This document shows positions 12,610 to 27,877 of a stretch of DNA of 64,000 nt, one piece after another. A model generated the notes under the pieces. The model was given only the letters and a program-made list of their open reading frames with translations, ran no database searches and was not told where the DNA came from. A program made the translations under genes and the position numbers. Within the stretch, counting starts at the first letter, position 1. Each line of letters starts with the position of its first letter. The DNA comes from Chrysomallon squamiferum. Taxonomy: Eukaryota; Animalia; Mollusca. The stretch lies in NCBI GenBank assembly GCA_012295275.1, contig CM022667.1:124001-188000 (forward strand), read 5' to 3'.

Positions 12610-14215
12610 ATACATATATGCATATACATATACGTATTTATTTATTTATTCATTTCAATTGCCAGTTAATTCATTCATTAATAGTGGGGATTTGAATTTC
12701 AAAAATTCTGCATCTCTGGTAATTCAGTAATTAATATTTAAGGTTATATTCACAAAACAGGTTTGTTTCTTCAAAGGTCTTTCTTAAAAGCTTTGTAGTT
12801 TGTTTATCCATAGAAAAGAAGATCATACATAATCTGGCTTCTTTCTATTAAAAACAATAAAATGAATTGAAATACAAACATTGATACTTCTGTACATAAA
12901 AAAATAATAACAAAGGTATACGTATGTATTCACAGCAAAGTTTAATAGCCATCAATATTGTATACACAAAAAATGTGTCAAAATAATCGTACTTGGTCTC
13001 AACCATACAATTCTAAGCTATGTGAATATAACTTTCAATAACAAATGTAACCGTCAATATTTCTACATAAAATGTTTCAGAATTATTTGTTTTTTGACTT
13101 GAACATACAAGTAACAGTTTATGGACATCGCTTTCAAAATGAAATGTAACCAATATTTTATATACAGATGTCAGTTTGGTGAGGAAATATGAATATATTT
13201 TTCTAAACAAATTTGTCAACATTTAGTCAGAAATACAAATATGTCTTTCAAAATAAGTATAATCAGAAAGAAATATTAGAATATTTTGTATCTCAATCAT
13301 ACAAATCAGTGAGTGTGTGTGTGTTTATGTGTTTGTGTTTATGTGTTTGTGTTTGTGTTTGTGAATGCATTTGTCTGCATGGTGTTTACAAAATTATTTC
13401 GATACATTAAACTGCAATACTATAAATATTCAGTAAAAAATATTTTACAGTTATTTTGGTCGAACCTTCTAGAGAGAGACAAAAGTATAAAGCTGTTTAT
13501 TAATAATTGTTATAAAAATGTATGAAAATAGAAAAAAAATCAACAATATATTTTTTTAAAATATATTTTAAAAAGTTATTTTGTAAAGCCACTTTATACG
13601 GATTAAATATTTCTAAAAAAATTAAAGAAAACAAATTACTATTTTGTTTTTAATTATGAACTGGAAAGCTTTGTGTAAAATTCCAAAAGAATAATTATCC
13701 AAAATCACTTTAGAATTAAACACTTGTATATACATATTTCTCCATCAGCGTCATTTCAAAAAAAATCAATACTTTTTTAACAATATACATAAAATATCTG
13801 TATAAAAAAAAATATATAAAAAATGTTACTTCATAAAGCTGTAATACTTCGCAAAGAAATATCTCTATAAAATTCAAACATTGTAAAGCTGCACTTCTGT
13901 TCATTATCAAGTTCTCTCACAAACCAAAGTCTATGACAATGAGAGAAAAACAAACACATCTGAATTTACACACATCGTCTTAATGAAAAGTGAAAGACAG
14001 AATATTCAATGCAAATATGCACATTAAATTCAAATCTGCTACATCAGTATCATTAAATCAGTGAAACATCTTGCCCCAGGCTTATTGGAAATACTGTAAA
14101 AACTAAAAATTTAAAACATTATAGAAATACCTTTCCCCCAAGCACAAAGATTAAAAAGCAATTAAGCTAGGTTATATTTCATTTTAATTTCTACTACATG
14201 TGTGTATCAGATTGT

Positions 14216-14250
<35 letters not shown>

Positions 14251-17200
14251 CTGAGACTGTGATAAAAATAATAATAATTCAATTAAATTGGACTAATAAC
14301 AATAAAGAAATACTAGCCAAACAAATTCAAATTACTTGAGACAACTCTCATGCAAAGAAACATTATTCTATCTTCTGAATTCAACAAATTGTATAGTGTA
14401 ACGCCCATTTTTACAGCATAATAATATTTGTTATTACTGCTATAAAAATAATAATAACAATAATAATAATGAAGGCAGAATAATTCATAGATTAGTACCA
14501 AAAAAAATGCAACTGAATAAAAAATAAAATAAAAATGAACATGATAGAAAAGATAATTTGTGATCAAACAATGAAAAAAAAATCATTTGGACCATCTTTT
14601 TAATTTTTAAATTTTTTGTTTTAAGTGATAAATTCTGAGGTAGACTAGCAGTCATATATGGAATATTGTTTGTGACACCAATATCTTTCACTTCAAGATT
14701 TAAATCTGTCTTTGTCTTGCTTACTACAACATGCACAGTTTACATTTGTCTCTCACCCACTTAAAATTTCATTTAATTTCTCATTTACACAAAAACACGT
14801 TTAATCTCTATCATATACATACCACCACATAAACATTCGTCACCTAATACTCCGGTGTTGTTTTTTTCTCTTTCATAACACATTTTTTGGTCCTGTCATA
14901 CCTTTTCAAACAGTATTTAAATCTCTCTGACCATATCTTTCCTTCCCTTATCTCTCTCTCTCTCTCATACCCACAGTTTTTCTCTGTCTGTGTCTTGTAC
15001 CTATTACATAAAAGACAGAACCAAACCATATCTGACAAATCAAAAAGATACTCCAATATCCATTTTTGATAAAACTATAAATATAAAGATTTTTTTTTTT
15101 TTGGCTTCTTCTAATTTGAGATATTTTTTGCATATTTTTTGTTTGTTTTTTTGGTTGTTTTGGTTTTTGGTGGATTTCTTTTTTTTTCTTTTTTTTTTTT
15201 TTTTTTTTGAAAAATGAATTAAAACCTGGAACTGAAAATGTATTGATTAATATAACAATAACTTTTGTTCTGAAAATAGGCACATATAAAAAAGTAATAA
15301 CAATAACAATGTATATAAAACTATAATTACTGCATATTTACATTAAAAAGAAACTGTATTCGTATGATTTCTCTAGTTTCAGGAAAAGTAATTCTCTAAC
15401 CACTATCAAAATGGCAAAATGGACATGAGATAACTTTATTCCCGATACTAGTCGATATACTGAAGGAAAACAATGGCTGCCGGTTTAGTTTAAACATACT
15501 CTCTGAAATACAAAATGGACTTTTAATATAAGAAAATAAAGTCATGTACATATATAACAACTGGTCAGGATTAATTAAATAATGTGCTATTCTGGACGTC
15601 ATTGTTATAAGATTTCAAAATTTTGTTAGCAAAAGTTAACATTCTTGAATTTTCTTCTTTTTTTTAATTCACAGAAGTTTTTGTTATGTATTAACAAAGC
15701 CTGAATTTTTTTCTTAATAAAATTTTACACTTTATTTCACAAACTTTCATACAGTTATTAATATGTGTAGCCAGGCTGTTGGTAGTGTTGTGTTTTTTAA
15801 TGGAATGCTTCTTAAGCACAAAAAATTGTGAAAAATAAATTAGAAAGATTTTTTGCAGTTGAAGTGTTATGAAAGTGCTGTAAAAAGCTTAAGCAATTAA
15901 ATATTTAAAAAAGACTAAGACTGTACAAAAAATAATAAGTCATAATTTCAATAATAATAATAATAATAATAATTTTAATAATAATAATAACAAACATTAG
16001 AAGATGCAACAATGAAAAGAGAATAATTCCTTTTTAACTAATTAACAGAATTTTTAACAACTCAAAAAAAAAAATTACATTTTAATTATTATTATTTAAT
16101 GTTTTAATTTTCATTGCTTGCCTATAAACAATACATTATCTTCTTGTTGTTTTATCAAAAGAAAAAATGCTGCTGTTTGATCTAAAAACATGATTATAAT
16201 TCTTGAGTGTTACAGATTATGAAAACAGTCTGACTTGAACAGTATACATGAGAAATAAATGATGATTATAATAATAAGAAGATATTTTTTAAATGCTTAA
16301 AAACTATTTTAGTAGTATAAAAATAGAAGTCTAGAAATAAATATTAAAACAAAATGGATATTCTGTTTGATTCCCAAATTGTATACATAAACAATTTTAC
16401 TTTTTAAAAATGAATGGAATGTAAATTCTACAAAAGAAGTTATAATCTAAAAATAGACCATTAATGAATATAGGTGTTAACTGTCCAATAATAAGAGGTG
16501 TTTAACTGACCAATGAAAAGAACTATTTAATTAACCAATGAGAATTGTCGTTTAATAAGTAACAAGTGATGTTCAATACTGAAATGTTTATTATTAAAAA
16601 TAGAATGCAGAATTTTTTCTTTTCAAAAATAAAACATAAATTTGACTAGATTGTATTATTTATTCAAGTCATGAAGACTGAATATATATTTTGAATCTGA
16701 TTTTAAAAATAATAATCTGAAATGGACATGTGGACCCCTGGCATAAACTTTAAAAAAAAAATACTTAGTATTATAAAGGAAATTATTATTATAAAAATAA
16801 TGAAATTGAAAAATAATCGTTGTAAATAATTCTTGGCTAGATATGTGTTTTAACTGTGATGACATTAATAATAACAATATTAAAAATAAATAAATAAAAA
16901 GTAATAATAATAATAACAACAATAAAATAATAGTAATAACAATATTAACAACAAACAAAAAATATTAAGTTTAAAAAATTTCATAAGAAAAAATAGTTTT
17001 TTATTTAAACTGAGATCTTAAATTCTATAGTTTATAAATGTTCCGTAAAATAACTTAAAAAACAACATTATGATCATGAAAATTAACAAAAAATAAAAAT
17101 AATTCTTAAAATCCATTCCATCACTCGTTAATGAATAATTTAACAAAAACATCGCAAAAGCATCAATAAAATTCAAAAAATATTGGTGACGAGAACATTA

Positions 17201-17307
17201 AAAAACAAAAAATGAATATGTAACAAAATTAATCAGTAAAGTGTAAATATCCATGGTTACCACTCAGAACAGTAAATGTGTGTAACGCAACCATGGCAAT
17301 ATCACAT

Positions 17308-20300
17308 TCAGTTGATAGAAAATGTCTGATCATGCAAGGTCCCGACATTTCTCACGTAGTAATCGTGGACGTAAGCAAGAATCGCAACAGGCTGGCCCAA
17401 AATGAGGCTGAGCCACACAACAATGTTTCCACCTTTACCTGTCACATACTTGGCTGTAACCAAGGCCAACGGAACCTGAAATAACCCATGAATATTTACG
17501 AATTTAGCAAAATATTGTAGTGGCATTATCAACAAAGTAATGGGAATGGAATGATAAAAAGAAAAATAGTAAAATATATATTCTTAAATTTATGTCAGAA
17601 TTACGAAATGGTAAAATATTAATTTGAAATATTTATTAATTAAAATGTGAACATGAAAGAAAACAAATTGTCTGGTATTCCAAGGGTTATTTAACTGATT
17701 GATAATTAAAACTTTCACTTGGTTATTAAAACCATTATCCTTTACAGATGACAAATAAAAAACAGAATAACTGTATATATAACACTTACGTTCATATATC
17801 TGATAATAGAAATAAATAATTTTTTTATTATTTTTTTTTTTTTACCATGCTTTGCAGGCCCCTCTTTTCCTATAGTTAATATTATTCATTATTGTTTTTT
17901 TGTTGGTTTTTTTTAAATTTAAATTTATAAATATTATGGGATTTGATATGTTCTTTAGTGTATAATTGTGTAAAAAACACAAACCTGCATGACCATAGAA
18001 GAGAAAGCCCAGGTTCGAAACATGTGCAGAGGAATACTGATCAAATACTGAAAACAAACACATCAACATTTATAAATGCAAATACACACACACAAAACCA
18101 CACAAACACCAAATGATAAAAAAGCACGTTCATGTGATTTCCTAAAAATATTTTCTCATTCCAGTTAGTACTGTAAATGTTTTGAGAAGTTGCATTCCCA
18201 ACTAGAGAATACATACTTAATAACAATGGCACATGCATATCACATGTCTATAATTCATTTACATACAGATATACACACTCATCGAATCATACAGTACTTA
18301 CTTCGTGGAAAAAGGCTGACACAAAAAAGACAGCAATTGAAGCTTTAATCTTAGATATTCCACGTCTCAACATTGGTTTGTACAAGTGTCTGAAAGAAAA
18401 ACAAACCAAGAGTTTACAATCTGAACATAAATGGTGTGTTATTTACTATACAGCTGGAATTATAAAAGAAAAAGATAAAAAATATATATACATTTCTTAC
18501 CTTGTAGCCCACCTATGGACAGGAATATTCCAGCTTTTCCAGAATTCTGAAATGGTTTCTGCATTCCTACAATCAAAACATAACAATTTAACAAAAAATA
18601 TATATGTGTGTGTGTGTGTGTATGTGTGTGTGAAGGAAAAGAGAGAGGAAGAACACTTTGCAATAGTTAGTAACTGTATTTCTGATTTATATTTTATCAG
18701 TTCTACATGCTTGTGTAGTATAGATATAACTCACAAAAATAACATCAGATATTGTTCTTGGTAAAGAATGCATATAATACAGACTTACTATACCATTCTA
18801 CCAAATTCTATCTCCAAACCTATACAGTTCTTGAGGAAGAATATTTTTTATTTTTTTTTACAGTCTCTGTAGAATTTTATCCAGAAACCTGAATATTTAT
18901 GTTATACTTGATATAGAATATTCTGTACAGTATCTAGACTTACCACCAGTCTCTGTAGAACTCTCTATCCCCAAATGTGAAAAGTTTAGTTATACCTGTT
19001 GTAGAAAATTTTGTACAGTATCTAGACTTGCCAGCAGTCTCTTTAGAACTATCTGTCACCAAACATGAATAGTTCTGTTATACTTGTATAGTATCTAGAC
19101 TTACCACCAGTCTCTATAGAACTCTCTATCCCCAAATGTGAAAAGTTTAGTTATACCTGTTGTAGAAAATTTTGTACAGTATCTAGACTTGCCAGCAGTC
19201 TCTTTAGAACTATCTGTCACCAAACATGAATAGTTCTGTTATACTTGTATAGTATCTAGACTTACCACCAGTCTCTGTAGAACTCTCTATCCCCAAGTGT
19301 GAAAAGTTTAGTTATACCAGTTGTAGAAAATTTTGTACAGTAGTCTCTTTAGAACTATCTGTCACCAAACATGAATAGTTCTGTTATACTTGTACAGTAT
19401 CTAGACTTACCACCAGTCTCTGTAGAACTCTCTATCCCCAAATCTGAGTAGTTCAGCTATTACATTGAGGCACGAGTGAAAAAACCAGTAGAAAAATATT
19501 AACCAGATGAAGTGATTTGGGATCTGAAAAACAGAAATGTTTAATTATTAACATTACCTCTGAAAATTTAAAAAAAAAAGAAGAAGAGAGAGACAGAAAC
19601 AAAGTGTATGTGTCAGTAAAATGGAGTATAGGAAAAAATATAAATAAACTAAAGTGTGTGTGTCTTTGTGAATGTGTCTGGGTTAGATTTCATGTATTAT
19701 GAATATTAATTAAACCATAAAAGATCAAGATCACAATATATTTACCATATAAATTAACTAAAAATTAATTTTAAACAACACCACCACACCAAAAAGAAAT
19801 TCCAACTGTTACCATGGAAAAATAATGCATAACACTAACAGTTAACCTGACAAAAAAAAAAAAAAAAAAAAACTGTACAGACTCTGTTGCTATGGAAACT
19901 GACTGTCAAATACTCACAGCTAACTTGAGCAATCTTTCCACCACCTTGCTGATATTCATGTCTGCCAGTGGCTGCATTGAATTATTTATTGCAGGTATGA
20001 TCCACTGAAATTAATAAAAAATATACATTACTAATGAAGGCAAAATGATATTTATTTATTTAATTAATTAAAATGCACCAGGTGTTCGACAGAATAAAAC
20101 AGCCTAAACTCATTTAATTATTTTAATACCAAGCTGTTTTTAATATGTGATTCTTGCCCTCAAATTTTCTTAATGATAAACTTTGACAATAATTCAACAT
20201 GTTGACAAGGATTTCAATGTATTATTTTACTGAAGTTTAGATAACTATCAAGAAATATATTTTTTAAAATACTGAACAGGAAGATAACTATAAATTAATG

Positions 20301-20712
20301 TAAAACAAAATTACTAACCATTTTTCAATGATTTATTCAGTCTAACATAATTCATAATGGTAATAACCACATTAGTATTATTTTTAAAGTTAGCAAAAAC
20401 ATAAACTGTAATGGTTTTTTTTTTTATATTTGATTTATAGCTGTTAGTTTTTTGTTTGTGTACAGTGATCATACCTGCTGAACCAAACCAAGCATCAGCT
20501 GCCAGAGAAACAGCTAAGATAAAGAAAAAGGAAAAAAAAAAATATATATATATATATATACAAGAACACACACATATTAAAAATTATTTTTATTATTATC
20601 ATCATCATCATCATCATCATCACTGGTATTAGTTATATATAATAATTACATCAATGTAGGTAAAATTAAATAAATAAACACAGATAATGTTAATAACAGT
20701 AATGAAAACTTT

Positions 20713-20787
<75 letters not shown>

Positions 20788-22812
20788 ACTAACTATATAT
20801 TATGCAACACTTTAATATCTGAAACTTTTCTATTTACTTTTTGCAAGCCATACTTAAAGGGTTTTTTCAAAGATTCAAACAAATAGTGAACATGAAAGAT
20901 TATTTTTGACAGACAGCTTGCATCATTCTTGAAATTTTTAGATCTTACCATTTCAATAATTCGTTTGAACAGGAATCGCTTTCTGATTCTTGCAGAGCGT
21001 GGAAAGTTTAGCTCATAGCTGAGTGTGGGTGCAAACATGAAATAGTACAGATCTGTAAATGAGAATTTAAAACATATATATATTAAAATAAACAGCCTAA
21101 ATTCACCTGCTGATTAATCTTTCACAATCATTCAAAAATGAAATCATACAATATTAATCTTTTGGCTTCTTAAATGAGATGATTTAAAATACATTTCCAC
21201 ATAATAGCATGAATATTCTTACAATGCAGGTTTCAAAACATCCAAGTTACAATCACATTTATTCAATTCGTGGGGCAAAAAATATATATTTGTGAACAAG
21301 CAACATATTCAGATAAACAATTTGATACGCTATTTAATGTTATTAATTAAATACAGTACAGGTGAGTTTCATCAAGGACTAAATTCTCACCTGAAATTGT
21401 TAGGTTGTCAGGGTAACATACTTTTGTTTCCACTTTTCCATTTGGGCTGCCAACAGAATTTGTAGCTGAAAGATAAATTTCAATTATGATTTTAATTAGT
21501 AAAATAATTAGAAATAATTATAATGTATATGTATACATGTGGGTGTTATACTACTTCAAAAACATTTTTTTTAATCACCAACCTCAAATTCTTAATATTT
21601 ATTTTAAAATGAAATGTTTGCCTACATCAGTTTTATACACTTAATATTACTTACATTAATATTCTTGCTTCACCTTTACTAGCTATCACAATTTTTTTTT
21701 AAATGTTTCCTAACTGTAACACTGACATTTATCTCCTATTTTCATTTTTACTGTCAACTTTTTAACAACTACTGACGAAGGCAGTAACATTAATAACAAA
21801 GTTAATTACTGAGTTTAAAAAAAAAATACTGAATCTTACTTTCGTCAGAAACACTGATTGTCTTTCGTCTTGTTTGTGATTTGTTTTTCCTGTGGCTGCG
21901 ACACCAGTTATTAACACATGCATATGACACCAGCTTCAGAAATATCATGGTCACTATACCAAGAGTGTTTACAGAGAAAACTGGAATATTCAAAACAAGT
22001 CATTATATTAACATAAACTTATCTACAAGTTCTAAACTAGAGAAACTATTACCGTCATTTTATCTGCTGGGTTTACAGAGAAAATTGGAATAGCTAAAAC
22101 AAATCATTTATTAAGATAAATTTTTCTACCAGTTTTAAATAGAGAACAAAAATATCATTGTGACTATAATCTTAGTTTACAGAGAAAACTAAATTAATAA
22201 ATTTTAATATAAACATATCAAAAAGTTCTGAAACAGAAAAACTAAAGGGTTGTGTAATGATTACAATTTATTGCTGTTATATAAAATAAGTAACTGATTT
22301 TGTGGGTGAATAAACATACAGAGCCCATTCTATATCTCCGATACAACACAGCACATACCATAATCTTTTATAAACTAGATATTAAAAAAACTTTATACAA
22401 AATTGTTTATTATAGGTATCTTCAGCAGTAAGGAAGACATTATGAACTGAAACAAAATTATTCAAGTTAGCAAATAAACATTTTGCATAAATAAAACAGA
22501 TCTATTTTGAAAAATTTGGATATGACCTCTCATTCTAAACCTAATGTCAACATTAATCGATTTCAACTGGGGAAAAAATGATTAAAAAAATAAGTACTTG
22601 GATTTGGATGAAATATGAAGACAACAGTGGCAGGATAGACAAGAAGAATAACATCGTTGACAATGTTGATTGCAACGCCTACACCCTCCGATATCCACTC
22701 CTGAAAACACAGATAAGTAATAAAATATGTTTTAAAAATACAATATTTTAGAATATTTGAAACAATTTAAAATACAAACTTAAAAATTATGAAAAAGAAA
22801 ACAGTAAAATAA

Positions 22813-22848
<36 letters not shown>

Positions 22849-25600
22849 AGACATCAAAGCTGCAAATACAATGTTTAAGAGAAGTGAACAATTGCTGTCA
22901 TTGTAGTGTATGAAAAAACCCCACCTCTGACTTGTTTTTGAATTATATATATTAACCTAGTTACAGATCAGATGTACCAATTATAATACTTCATTTTTTT
23001 ACTTGTTTTAAGATGATGTTTGCTGATTGTGTTAAGAAATGAAAATAAAAATTATAATGCCAGCCAACACTTACCTTTACCAATAACTTCTCTGTCATGT
23101 AGACTACTAAGATAAATATATTGATGGCTGCAACAGAGAAACAATGTTTATTTAATTCTGTAAATCATTACATAACATTTTATATCATTATTTATTATTA
23201 CACCCTTATCCATCATCAGTAATAACAAACTTACGAAAAACAATTACAATACCATTATAAAATAACTGAACCACAACATTTCGTTACTGGAGTAGAATAT
23301 TTCTTTGAACCATCAAGAGAACACTTTAAAATATATGTATATATTTACATTTATTTGTGAGTCATATACTTACATAACAAAAGAAGAATATTTGGCCAGC
23401 TTCCGGGATCCTTGAAATACATGTTGATCCATATTGACGGGTCAATCAGAATGCCGTATCTAGGTAAAATATACGACAATAACATTGATAACACAGAATT
23501 GTAATATGTGGATTACTTTAAACATTTTATGTAGCATTCCATTCAGGGATAAAAAAAAAAAAAAAAAAACATCAGACAGAAAAAGAAATGTGTACGTGTT
23601 TGTGTGTATGTGTGCCTTTGTGTGTGTTCTTTGTTTCTGTACATATGTGTGGACATATGCTTCTGAAACTTAGAAATAAGGTTCTATTTACTGTCTCCAA
23701 AGAGTTCATAATAATTTTTAATATTATAAAGAAAATACATATTTGAATACTATATAAGTTTCTAAAATGGATTATACTTACTTGATAATATTTTCTAGAA
23801 ATAACCTTGCATTTGACAAAATCTGCAAAAAATAGATAAATAGATAATACAATACAATACAATACAATATAATAATATAATAATTAATATAATGTAATAT
23901 TATGCAATATTATGTAATGTAATGTAATATAATAAATAATATAATATAATATAATATAATATAATATAATATAATATAATATAATATAATATAACATAAT
24001 AATAAATATTTAGTAATTAATAGCAGATAAGTAACACATTTTTTATTAAGCAGACACTTATTCATAACAGCATCTTTATTTAATTATCATTTGTATTCAT
24101 TAATTTAGTATGCAGATGACAACATGATTAATTATTTATGACAATATATTCAGTACGTACATAATTCATAATTTAATATCCATATTGCATGAACTGCATA
24201 TTAGAAGTTACAAAGCAAATAAAATTATGTAAAAATTGAAATGCTTGACATACAGTGGGTCTAATATAGCCTATGATTAAGAAAAAATTAAACTTGTGAG
24301 TAGTAATATAGTGACTGATCTAGACCACATTTTAACAACACCAACTCAATGGCTGCTTGAAAAACTGACAAAGAGATTTTTCAAAACAAATATTAACATT
24401 TATTTCATTATTTAAAAATTCATTCTGTATGTTAACATGTACAAGACACTATCTGTCCAGTATGTAATCAATATATACTATGAATCTGACAAATAAAAAG
24501 ATTATTTCCATGTTTGTGTCTCATATTCTCATTGTACCAATCAAAAATATTGCCAATCAGTGTTAAACATTATTATCTTTGGCATTAACGATAATTAAAT
24601 TGTATCTCTCTATAACTACTTTGAGTGTAATATGGAACTGGTGTTCAGTAAACATTTGTTTATTTTAAGATATGTAACAAGCAAAATAAAATCTTCTTTT
24701 AACACACACACACACACACACATCAGTTACATGTAACAAAAAAACATGAACTGGTTTTAAGAAATATACTTTTTGCATGTTTGTATCTATGTATATATGT
24801 CTGTATGTTGTTACATTCAAACCTATACACAGATATACACACATGAACTCATTTTAAGACAAAACACATGACCATCAAAAACAAGCACTCATTTTAAGAC
24901 GCTTCTGACCAGAAACAAAATCTAATTTTCGTGTTTCATGCTGAGTCAGCAAAACTGTTATCCAAATACAGTGACATCACCTTTCCTGCTGGTCATTAAC
25001 CCTGGAGATTTGTTACTGCATGTGTATCTACAACACTGCAGCCTCTGTGTTACGTGTGTATCTCACAGTGCTGCTGATTACAGCAAAATAACTGTCTGTT
25101 TAACAATTCAGTGTATAGGCTATAAGGTCAGATTATAACTGTGTTCGTACCACCGATACCGCATACTGTTAGATAAAATAATGTAGTATTTGTATGTATA
25201 TGTGTGTACAAAATGTATTGCAGTTTTGTTTGTGTTAGAATAAGTAAATAGATAAGAGTTCAAAAGAAGTTTTATCTTGAATGATATATATAGCTATATA
25301 TTTCTATATATATATATATTTTATTTTTTTTTATTATTTTTATTTTTATTTTTATTTTTTTTTTTCCTTCTGGGAAAGTGAATAGAAACAATACACTAAA
25401 TGACAGAGAAAAAAGAGACAGTGAGAAAGAGGAAGATTCGAAAAGAGAAAGACAACCCAGACAAAGAAAGTGGGAAAGAAAGAGCAAAGATTTCACTGTA
25501 TCTAATGAAAGATTTGAGAGAAACAAAGAAGAGAATAAGTCAGAGAAATGCAGAAAGAGAAAGACAGAGAGACATACAGTGCAATGAAAGAGAGAGAGAA

Positions 25601-25631
<31 letters not shown>

Positions 25632-27823
25632 GAATTTGTAAAACATCAATTCAAATTTTCATATAATACTTAGTATTATTAAAAGGCATAGCACCCATTA
25701 TCCTGTTCCCATTTTTAATAATTTAAGTTAACCCAATAAAGCAATTTTAATGAGACTGGAAAACCCCCAGAAAAAAGTCACAGAAAAAGCTCAGAATGCA
25801 TATAAAAGTGTCCGAATTTCAAAATCTTCTTTTCCCACCTCAGGCTTGCTTCTGGCAGAAGTAATGCCTAAAAATGACCCATTATGTATGGTTTTATGAA
25901 GATCAAACCCAGCCAGTGACCGATAAGAGAAGACGAGAGAGACACTCAAGTACGTGCACAAGTAGTTTTCACAAACGCTCAACAGGGAGGTGTCAAGGAC
26001 AAGAACTGTCTGTAGTTTCTACAGTAAATATTACACACTATTTACATTTCAGACTGTGACAAAAACAAATCAGAGGTTATGCATGTATTGCGATGGGACA
26101 GAGGTCCATGGCATTTTTTAATGTGAAATTCAAAGCTATGTTTAGATATTTGTAGATATAGATGTAATCAACCATGTATAAGTGCCATTTTGTTGACCTT
26201 TCAGAATAGGTAGGTGTCTGATTGAAAAAATATATATATGTATCTACAAATACATATATATATATTTCAGTCATTTGTGAACCAAAATCACATGCACAAT
26301 GCTTGCCACGTATTGAAAAAAAAAATGCTATGAAATATGTTCCAGCACAATATTAAACAGCAGTTTAGGACAAAGAGGTTTTGTCCACAATCAGCATACT
26401 TCAACATATATTTGATGGAAGCATGCTAACAGTTATACCAATATTTGTATTATTGTTTTCACTGTTAGTCTGACAAATGTTATGCAACAGGATCAATCCT
26501 CATGTAATTTCCATTTCAAACCTGCATTGCATCAGATTATCAACAACAGTTAACACTTTAATCAGTGCTGATCACAAAGAATGAACATTTTGATCATTAC
26601 TGATCACAAATAGTGAACTTTTTTGTGAGTATCAATCATAAAGAATAAACATTTTGATCAGTATTGATCACAAATAGTGATCATCTGTTTACTGATCACA
26701 ATTTGCTATCCACATTTCAGAAATCCTGTAAATTATAATTTTTAAACATGTGGCATAATTCTTCTATCTATATTTTTGACAGGATTATATGCTAATTAAA
26801 ATAAAATGTTCCTTTGTGAAACAGTGAGATTTTTTGCCAAGGAAGATTTCTACTACTTGGTAAAAGAAGTCCAGACATTTGTGGATTTTTTATTTACTAA
26901 TAAATAATATCAATGTTTCACAAGTTTCTTTTATAATTACAAGTACTGACAATTACTGTTACTATAGAATAAAATTGTGATAAACTGATATTATATATTA
27001 CATGTCACTTTTGTTCAGATGTAAATACGAAAATGAATATTATTCAAATAATTAGCCAAAACAATCTGCTTAATTTCTTTTGATAGAAAATAAAATACAG
27101 CATTAGTATAAAATCATCAGATTAGAAACAATCTACATAGTTTATTTGCAAGAAAAACATTCACTAACATGTAATAAAGAAATAAGAGTTAAACACAGAT
27201 ATATATATAAATGAATACAATGAAACTTTATACAATTTCCTCAACCTTTTCAGATTTCAGATTTCAGCATTGGAATATTAATGGCCTGTAATTATTAACT
27301 GTACAGAAACTGTCAGCTGTTTCTAAACTGGTCTATTATATTTCTTCAAATATCAGCCATTTATGTGTCCACAAAATTAAAAACAAAACAGCTTCACCTT
27401 TTCACCCGTATTAACTAGTATTGGAAAAAGGCCAATGACAAATCAATGCTGTGAATTAACATAAAGGAAAAAACAACAACACTGTAAACAAAATACAGTT
27501 ATGACATTGAATTATGTTAATAAAGGACATATGTAAAAATGTGTATATATGAAGTATATACTATATATATATATATATATACACACACATAAACAAATGT
27601 GAAGGATCAAAACAGAATTATTTTGGGTACTTATGATAACAACAACAGATGTTTGAAATGTACCGTGTGTTTAGGAAGTGAAAAACAATGTCAACAACAA
27701 TAGCAGTACAGGGAGTAAAGGTAAACAGAAAAAAATCAAAACAAAAATAACACAAAAAAAATATATATATTATATAACTATGATACTGCAATAGAGACAT
27801 ATCTTAATGTGTGCATGCATGAA

Positions 27824-27877
<54 letters not shown>

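Noticed and set aside
19805-19900. RFX X-box-like gttgctatggaaac and gttaccatggaaa
   Set aside because: Deep in a DGAT1 intron with no promoter evidence; similar strings occur in coding sequence here by chance.
25272-25666. ER-rich and SL-rich ORFs
   Set aside because: Degenerate AG-rich tract in DGAT1 intron 2; no phase-compatible exon found.
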